A stretch of DNA of 64,000 nt from a virus, in IMG/VR virus record IMGVR_UViG_3300022309_000001, positions 1-64,000 of that record; one strand, written 5' to 3'. The stretch's first letter is position 1. Each line of letters starts with the position of its first letter. The position numbers and the translations under genes were made by a program. Under the pieces are notes generated by a model. That model saw only the letters and a list, made by a program, of their open reading frames with translations, made no database searches and had not been told where the DNA came from. Shown here one piece after another: positions 58,798 to 64,000 of this stretch.

Positions 58798-59073
58798 ATG
58801 TGGACGTTCAAGAAGAAGCAGCGGAACCCCGCCGACGTTGTGCCTGATGGGCCGTACTACAGGGTCGTGTATCGAGCTATCGAGACGGCCGAGTACTCCA
58901 AGGTCTGGGTCTTCTGCTCGGGTGTGGATCGGATGCGTGGGAAGCTGCTCAGCAAGCGCGCCGAGAACGGGTGGATCCAGGCCGAGATGAGCAACGACCT
59001 CGGCAACACCTGGAGGCAGTGCGACGACATGGGCCGCCCCATCGAGACGGAAGATCCGGAGGCGGCGGCGTGA
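58798..59073 (+). CDS. hypothetical protein
   Basis: ATG 58798 after GGAGGGAAAA; 91 aa. Confidence 0.5.
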   Translation: MWTFKKKQRNPADVVPDGPYYRVVYRAIETAEYSKVWVFCSGVDRMRGKLLSKRAENGWIQAEMSNDLGNTWRQCDDMGRPIETEDPEAAA

Positions 59074-59255
59074 GCGATCCGGACTTCACCGTGGGGCAGC
59101 CCATCTGGTTCCTGCGCGACGGAGACCAGAAGCGGGAGAGCGGCCGGTTTGTCGGCCGTGGCGCCAAGCCTGGGCGCTCTGTGGTGTCGGTTGGCGGACC
59201 GGACCAGCTTGTAGAGGTGCAGCGGTCGAACGTCAAGCCGAAGTGGCCACTATGA
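59070..59255 (+). CDS. hypothetical protein
   Basis: GTGA coupling; 61 aa. Confidence 0.45.
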   Translation: MSDPDFTVGQPIWFLRDGDQKRESGRFVGRGAKPGRSVVSVGGPDQLVEVQRSNVKPKWPL

Positions 59256-59674
59256 GCACCACCGAGACAACGCACGCGACAGCACCATTGCCAACCATGG
59301 CCGAGGTTGTGGACGGGATCCGCGCTGGCCGCTACTCGGTGGAGTTTCAGCCAGCGCATCCCCCCGCCGAACTCCTCGCTAATGTCCGCGAAATGGCCGA
59401 TCTGGTCAGCCAAATAGTGGCGAGGACATGGGCGCCGCGCTTGTCAGCCAGCGGATGCCGCAACGAGAGCCTTGATGACATGAAGCGGTTCAACCTTGAG
59501 GCGGCGGGCATACCGAGGGGCATCCGTGAGCGCGCCGCCGACCTGCTGATTGAGTGGAGGCTCGAGGACGAGAAAGTCCGCGAGCGCGCCATGTCGCCGC
59601 TGCGGAGGTGGTACGAGATGTGCGGGCTCCAGGGCGTGTGGACAGTGACCAAGACGAAGAAAGGCGCTCCATGA
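59252..59674 (+). CDS. hypothetical protein
   Basis: ATGA coupling; 140 aa. Confidence 0.5.
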   Translation: MSTTETTHATAPLPTMAEVVDGIRAGRYSVEFQPAHPPAELLANVREMADLVSQIVARTWAPRLSASGCRNESLDDMKRFNLEAAGIPRGIRERAADLLIEWRLEDEKVRERAMSPLRRWYEMCGLQGVWTVTKTKKGAP

Positions 59675-59877
59675 CCGACACCGAGACAACGCTACGCGGA
59701 GCTGCCATCGGCCTGCTGTCTGGGCTCGAGGTGCTGGCGCAGTGCCGGCCCTACCGTGGCGTCCACGGCTGGCACGAGGTCGGAGGTTGGGCATTCGCCG
59801 AGGACGTGTGCCCGGCTTGCAGGCTGAGGGTGGCGTTGAAGGCGAAGGATGCCGGCGGCGGTGAGTGCAAGGATTGA
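59671..59877 (+). CDS. hypothetical protein
   Basis: ATGA coupling; 68 aa with CPAC. Confidence 0.45.
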   Translation: MTDTETTLRGAAIGLLSGLEVLAQCRPYRGVHGWHEVGGWAFAEDVCPACRLRVALKAKDAGGGECKD

Positions 59878-59890
59878 CTAGGAGGCAAAC

Positions 59891-60085
59891 GTGCAGCTCT
59901 CGACAACCATACGGCTGAGGCCGGACCAGTACCAGCGGCTGAAGGCCCTGAGAGAGGAAACGAGGGTGCCGTCGTCCGTGCTCATCAAGACGGCGCTCGA
60001 CACCTTCTTCGCCATGACGCCCGAGCAGCGGGCCGAAGCGGTGGAGCGCCAGCCGGCGTCGGGGCGATGGAGCGAAACGAAGTAG
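59891..60085 (+). CDS. ribbon-helix-helix (CopG-like) protein
   Basis: LSTTIRLRPDQYQRLKALREETRVPSSVLIKTALDTFF. GTG follows TAGGAGGCAAAC. Confidence 0.55.
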   Translation: MQLSTTIRLRPDQYQRLKALREETRVPSSVLIKTALDTFFAMTPEQRAEAVERQPASGRWSETK

Positions 60086-60117
60086 CCACAGCAGCATCGG
60101 CCGCAAGGAGACGCGAG

Positions 60118-60531
60118 ATGACCGAACGACACCGCGCAACCCTGCTTCTCATCCCGCCGCCAGGATGGTCCGGCGCGCGAGTCGCTCCGCAGCACCTTCA
60201 GGCGGCAGACGAGCTGGTGATTCTGGGGCTCTGCCTGCGAGGCCAGCACGCCCAATACGGGCACGCCGTCTACAACCGGACTCGGGCCGGCGAGGCGGCC
60301 GTGAAGGAGTCGCAGCACATGGCGCTGGCGGATGGCATCCGCTCCCTGGTCGGCGAGCGCCTGCGCTTCGTCTTCCCGGACGGAGAGCGCCGAGCGAACG
60401 TCGACGCCTGGGCGGCCGTGGCGCTAGAGTGCGGCCATGACGCGAAGTGGGCCGCCGGGTGGATCAACTCGGGCTACCCCGAGCCTCCGGCGTGGATGAC
60501 GAGGAGCGACGTAGGAGCGGAGCCCAGGTGA
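60118..60531 (+). CDS. hypothetical protein
   Basis: ATG 60118 after AAGGAGACGCGAG; the track start 60067 is an alternative. Confidence 0.4.
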   Translation: MTERHRATLLLIPPPGWSGARVAPQHLQAADELVILGLCLRGQHAQYGHAVYNRTRAGEAAVKESQHMALADGIRSLVGERLRFVFPDGERRANVDAWAAVALECGHDAKWAAGWINSGYPEPPAWMTRSDVGAEPR

Positions 60532-61019
60532 GCCGCGTGCTCAAGACGAAGTATCCGTGCCGGGTGTGCGGTGGGCCTGCTGAGGTGGCGAGCCGGAAGC
60601 TCATCGACCGGGCCATCTGCGAGCCGTGTCTTTCCAGGGATGATGCCTACCGGCGCGTCAACTGGAGCCAGGCGCGCGCGCTCGAGGCGTTCGGGGCCGT
60701 CAACGTCAAGACGGACGACGTTGTGGAGTTGCTGCGCGGCGTCCTGAAGGCATGCGGAAGCATGACGGAGAGCGCCGAGTTGACGCTGGCAGCGCTGCCA
60801 CATGCGAAGGCTCACGAGCGGCGGCGGCTAGTCCGGGCAGCGAAGGCGCGCGCCATGTGGGCGGAGGAGAAGCTGCGCCAGTGCCTGGCGTTCTTCGACG
60901 AGGCGGAGGAGAGCCAGCCGAACGAATCCGTCAGGCTGGTGGTGTCGCAAGAGCTTCCGGAAGAAGCGCTGCCGACAGCCGCAGCGCCGAGGTTGATGCT
61001 GGTGAAGGAGCGAGCATGA
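60528..61019 (+). CDS. hypothetical protein with CRVCG...CEPC motif
   Basis: GTGA coupling; 163 aa. Confidence 0.5.
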   Translation: MSRVLKTKYPCRVCGGPAEVASRKLIDRAICEPCLSRDDAYRRVNWSQARALEAFGAVNVKTDDVVELLRGVLKACGSMTESAELTLAALPHAKAHERRRLVRAAKARAMWAEEKLRQCLAFFDEAEESQPNESVRLVVSQELPEEALPTAAAPRLMLVKERA

Positions 61020-61219
61020 TCTGCTTGTCGCCCAAGCTGGAATCTCCGCTGCCGTGCCGATGCAGCCGCCAGGTTCCAGTTGTCTGGGACTTCGGCTCCG
61101 GGTGGCAAGTCATCTGCTGCGTGTGTCAGCTTCGAGGCAAGGGCGGAAGCTCTCGGGTTGAGGCTGTGCGGCAGTGGAACTCGGCCGGATGGCGCAAGGA
61201 AGCAAGGAGGAGCACATGA
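61016..61219 (+). CDS. Lar-like restriction-alleviation candidate
   Basis: 67 aa. CRC...ICCVCQLRG...RVEAVRQWNSAGWR resembles the Cys pairs plus ...A..WN.R ending of Lar-family proteins. Weak call. Confidence 0.35.
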   Translation: MICLSPKLESPLPCRCSRQVPVVWDFGSGWQVICCVCQLRGKGGSSRVEAVRQWNSAGWRKEARRST

Positions 61220-61545
61220 CAGATGAACAGTTGGATCGCGCCGGAGCCATGCTGGCCGGAGTGTCTTCAGGGCCGGCGGGGTAGCTATCGCCAGCATCGG
61301 ACTGGCTTGGCTGCTGTTTGACGTGCATCCCATTGACGGCGTGGCGGTGGTGCTCATCTCATGGGCGCTGGCGCTGGTGGTGGGGGAGGCTGACGTATCT
61401 CTACCGACACGGGGTGTGAGGTATAGTTACTCCACAAGTTCGCCACCCAACCGGGGCGTGGTGCCCGGAGATGTGCCGGGACGGCCTGGGATCGTCGGCT
61501 CATGAATCACCCGGGTGGAGTGGCACTAGATGGAAGGAGGAGCGA

Positions 61546-61731
61546 GTGAGCAGGTCAACCGTGAGCATGTTGAGTGGAATGATGATGTCTGGCGCGCTGG
61601 CAGTGGCGGCGACGGTAGTGCTTGAGTGCGACGGCGTGCAATCTTTGAAAGTGTTCTGGGCCTGGTCGGCGGTCAACGTCATACACGTTGGTCTTCTCAT
61701 TGCAATGCAGTTGCCGGGAAGCAGGAGATAG
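61546..61731 (+). CDS. small two-TM membrane protein
   Basis: GTG 61546 after GGAAGGAGGAGCGA. MLSGMMMSGALAVAATVVL and WAWSAVNVIHVGLLIAM. Lower-GC patch. Confidence 0.4.
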   Translation: MSRSTVSMLSGMMMSGALAVAATVVLECDGVQSLKVFWAWSAVNVIHVGLLIAMQLPGSRR

Positions 61732-61735
61732 GCAC

Positions 61736-62254
61736 GTGAACGTCGCGGCCTTCTGCGCCATGTCGCTGTTCGACGAGAAGTACGCGCGGCTCAAGCGCGA
61801 GAGGCACACGGCCAAGTCCTGCGGCGAGTCCAGGTGCCAGCGGTGCGGCCTGTGCTGCTGGCACATGCCAGGGGCGCTGACGCAGAAGGACCTGGCAAAG
61901 CTGTCCGAGCGCTACGACATGACGCCCAAGGAGTTCTTCGCCAAGCACTGCGTCATCAGCGAGAGGCTTGGGCAGAACGTCGTCCGGCTGGCGCGCGCCA
62001 ACGAGCAGGACAAGCTCGGGCACTACCTGTCGGACGCCGACTCCTGGAACCTTGGCGCCCCTTGCGGCTTCCTCAAAGAGGATGGTGGCTCCTGCCGATG
62101 CGCCTTGCAGGACGTGAAGCCGGCCGAGTGCCGGGCCTCGAAGTGCTGGAAGCCGACCAGCGAGGCGCTGCCGATCTGCTGGAGCGATGCGGAGCTGCAC
62201 GCGCTGGGCTGGGACGGGTGGACGGGAGAGTTCGCGGAAGAGTACGAGGAGTGA
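61736..62254 (+). CDS. YkgJ-family cysteine-cluster protein
   Basis: CGESRCQRCGLCCW (CxxCxxCC) plus distal C...C..C motifs typical of the UPF0153/YkgJ family. Confidence 0.6.
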   Translation: MNVAAFCAMSLFDEKYARLKRERHTAKSCGESRCQRCGLCCWHMPGALTQKDLAKLSERYDMTPKEFFAKHCVISERLGQNVVRLARANEQDKLGHYLSDADSWNLGAPCGFLKEDGGSCRCALQDVKPAECRASKCWKPTSEALPICWSDAELHALGWDGWTGEFAEEYEE

Positions 62255-62268
62255 TAGTGTCTGTTACT

Positions 62269-62342
62269 CGGGATGTGGCGCAGCCTGGAAGCGCACTCGC
62301 CTTGGGCGCGAGGGGCCGGGGGTTCAAATCCCTCCATCCCGA
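62269..62342 (+). tRNA. tRNA-Pro (anticodon UGG)
   Basis: Manual cloverleaf. Acceptor CGGGATG/CATCCCG; D stem GCGC/GCGC with an AGCCTGGAA loop. Anticodon stem CTCGC/GCGAG with loop CTTGGGC. 5-nt variable loop; T stem GGGGG/CCCTC with loop TTCAAAT. Discriminator A; no encoded CCA. Confidence 0.85.
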
Positions 62343-62469
62343 CTTGGAGGCTCCTGCCTACGGTGGTGCGCCGGTGTCCGGTGACGGCTTGGTGCGACCT
62401 CCGGTAGACGGCAGCGACCGTCGAATTAGCGGTGGGCAGGAGCCTCCAGTAGTACAAGCAGAGGCGAAT

Positions 62470-62916
62470 ATGACGTTCCCCAGGGTCAGCAGCGCGAAAC
62501 GACGGGCGGTGTACAAACGCGATGGGATGCGATGCTACCTCTGCGGCCAGCCGGTCACTAGGCAGCGCGGCCCTAGCGGCGAGATGCTGCCGAACACATC
62601 CACCATCGACCACGTCGTGCCGTTCCTGTACGGTGGGCGTTCGACTGAGGACAACCTCAAGGTGTGCTGCTACCGCTGCAACATAGCCAAGGGTCAGCGC
62701 ACGCCCGAGGAGTTCAGAAGTGGCGAGCCGAAGTCGGTCGAGCGGAGGCTGACAGAGGCGCTTGCCCAAGTGAATGGCGGACGGGATGCCACTCTGCCGC
62801 TGAGGGCTACGCTGCGCGATCTGGTCCAATGGGCGCGATTTGCGCTTGGACCTTCGGACGAGGATGAACCGGAGACTACGTCTCAGCAGCGCAAGCGGAG
62901 GAAAGTGACGTGCTAG
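62470..62916 (+). CDS. HNH endonuclease
   Basis: RDGMRCYLCG...IDHVVPFLYGGRSTEDNLKVCCYRCNIAKG. Only the distal part of track ORF 61834..62916 is coding; the rest spans the tRNA. Confidence 0.8.
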   Translation: MTFPRVSSAKRRAVYKRDGMRCYLCGQPVTRQRGPSGEMLPNTSTIDHVVPFLYGGRSTEDNLKVCCYRCNIAKGQRTPEEFRSGEPKSVERRLTEALAQVNGGRDATLPLRATLRDLVQWARFALGPSDEDEPETTSQQRKRRKVTC

Positions 62917-63110
62917 AATGGGTACAGTGTGTGGCTTGTGGAGAGATGAACATGTATAGGCCGGACCAGACCACCCGGGCAACCCGGGAGGGGTACGCGA
63001 TGCAGCGCATTGCGCACCGTTCGGACGATGGACATGGATGTGGCGCAGTGATGCGCCGTTTTATTGGGGCACAAGGCGTGGCGAGGCAGTGGGAGATGGA
63101 GAGGGCCTGA
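62910..63110 (+). CDS. small zinc-ribbon protein
   Basis: CVACG...HGCG; 66 aa. Confidence 0.4.
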   Translation: MLEWVQCVACGEMNMYRPDQTTRATREGYAMQRIAHRSDDGHGCGAVMRRFIGAQGVARQWEMERA

Positions 63111-63210
63111 TGTTGGAGCACGTCGTGCGGATTGCCAGACTTGCAGCAGGGGCGCTCCGGTGGGAGCGACTGCCGCCGAGGCTTCAGGCTTTCTACTTCG
63201 TATGCCTGTC

Positions 63211-63561
63211 ATGCTGAGACCTGTATGGGCGAGGGAAGAGCCACACGGCCTCGCAAGGCGTGCATGTCCAGTCGATGGGGCGGAGCTGATGCGGATGACG
63301 ACCAGCGAAGAGCGATGCCGTTGCGGTGCTGCCTACGGGATGGCGCCTGGGCAGTGGGAGGATTTGGAGCGCATCGACGCCAGGTTGCGGGAGGTCTCCG
63401 GGCTAGTCGGGAAGGTCACGCGCCTGTCCGGGCTGCCCGATGAGACCCTGGTGCTGCTGTCCGAGAAGTTCCGACTGCTGAACGAGCGGCAGCGTCTCAT
63501 GATCAAGGTCATCGGTAGCCACTGGGTCTGCGCCTACGAAGCGGGGAGCAAGGAGCCATGA
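63211..63561 (+). CDS. hypothetical protein
   Basis: ATG 63211 inside track ORF 63064..63561. A 35-codon coupled ORF (63110-63217) precedes it. Confidence 0.45.
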   Translation: MLRPVWAREEPHGLARRACPVDGAELMRMTTSEERCRCGAAYGMAPGQWEDLERIDARLREVSGLVGKVTRLSGLPDETLVLLSEKFRLLNERQRLMIKVIGSHWVCAYEAGSKEP

Positions 63562-63773
63562 CGCCGGATGAGATCGCAGAAGCCGAGACGGTACTGCTGT
63601 TCATGGACCAAGATGACATAGCAGCGAACTTGCGCATGTGGCGGTGGTTGCGAGGTCCAATGGCTGACATTCTGACAGATCGCCAGTGCGTGATGGTGCT
63701 GGAGTGGGAGCGTATGTTGAGGCGCAGGAGAACCGAGTTGAAGCGTCAGGCTGCGCGCGCCGGGGTGCTGTGA
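63558..63773 (+). CDS. hypothetical protein
   Basis: ATGA coupling; 71 aa. Confidence 0.45.
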   Translation: MTPDEIAEAETVLLFMDQDDIAANLRMWRWLRGPMADILTDRQCVMVLEWERMLRRRRTELKRQAARAGVL

Positions 63774-63976
63774 TGGAGCTTTGCTCGTGTCCCCAGTGCT
63801 ACTCCTACGACATCTGGACCATCCCGGAGCAGGACGGCTTCGGGCGCTGCCATCGGTGCTACGTCGGGCTGGTGTGGAGCTTCGGGTGGTGGCGGCTGCT
63901 GTCAGAGTCGGAGTGGCTTCTCCGGCATCGGCTGGCGGATGCGAGGCCGTGGGCGTGGGCCGAGGCGCATAGGTAG
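63773..63976 (+). CDS. zinc-ribbon protein (CPQC family, copy 2)
   Basis: CPQC...GRCHRCYVGLVWSFGWWRLLSESEW parallels 44473..44670. Confidence 0.5.
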   Translation: MELCSCPQCYSYDIWTIPEQDGFGRCHRCYVGLVWSFGWWRLLSESEWLLRHRLADARPWAWAEAHR

Positions 63977-64000
63977 TGAAGGAGGAAGACGTGAATCTCA

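Noticed and set aside
62269-62342. tRNA-Pro as a host gene marking a prophage attachment boundary
   Set aside because: Phage-type small coupled genes, including an HNH endonuclease and paralogs of upstream genes, continue on both sides with the same composition. No integrase or direct repeat of the tRNA 3' end was seen.
61834-62469. Upstream 210 codons of track ORF 61834-62916
   Set aside because: This part overlaps the YkgJ-like gene in another frame and runs straight through the tRNA-Pro cloverleaf. Only the HNH part from ATG 62470 looks coding.
63211-63561. Calling 63211-63561 a small terminase subunit
   Set aside because: The only evidence is its position after the HNH gene and a vague HTH-like stretch (LPDETLVLLSEKFRLLNERQRLMI). 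There is no supporting motif, so it is left as hypothetical.
1-64000. CRISPR arrays, rRNA genes, transposases/IS elements, integrases
   Set aside because: I found no regularly spaced short repeats with unique spacers and no rRNA-like conserved stretches. No DDE, tyrosine-recombinase or serine-recombinase motif appeared in any plausible ORF.

Overview
This window reads as about 64 kb of a high-G+C (roughly two-thirds GC by eye) tailed phage or prophage genome. All functions below are called from motifs I recognise; no database search was run.

Codon usage (GC3-rich), GGAGG-type ribosome-binding sites and TTGACA-N17-TAGAGT promoters suggest a Myxococcota-like or similar high-GC host. That host assignment is inference only.

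Layout:
- 1-5 kb: end of a P2/Mu-type baseplate and tail-fibre module (spike tip, gp25-like, J-like, I-like, fibre).
- 5.2-8.5 kb: lysis region with an amidase endolysin, a holin-like protein, a DPPY DNA methyltransferase and a papain-like peptidase.
- 8.5-15.5 kb: leftward operon with a Rad50/SMC-like ATPase.
- 15.8-16.6 kb: short rightward regulatory cassette.
- 16.5-26.2 kb: long leftward early operon containing a single-strand-annealing-type recombinase.
- About 26.3 kb: back-to-back promoter switch with an XRE regulator.
- 26.4-47.1 kb: long rightward operon. It holds a paralog array, a Gp37/Gp68 protein, two HNH-motif proteins, two ParB-like proteins, a replication module with an ori-like element, RusA and a second methyltransferase.
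- 46.7-50 kb: hairpin-bracketed accessory island with a lipoprotein moron, an RNA-ligase-like gene, and a leftward peptidase/double-RHH (ribbon-helix-helix) operon.
- 50.4-62.3 kb: multi-promoter rightward region of small genes, including a zinc-binding anti-sigma (ZAS) domain, XRE and RHH regulators.
- 62.3-64 kb: tRNA-Pro(UGG), an HNH endonuclease, then further small genes, probably the start of the late region.

Most genes are small and Cys-rich, and are tightly coupled by ATGA/GTGA start-stop overlaps. I used that coupling to refine start codons.

I saw no rRNA, CRISPR array, integrase or transposase. Many long ORFs in the six-frame track are high-GC shadow frames and were not called.

The strongest candidate for something undescribed is an expanded family of about 80-aa helical proteins. 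At least nine domains sit on both sides of the switch, plus one dispersed copy.
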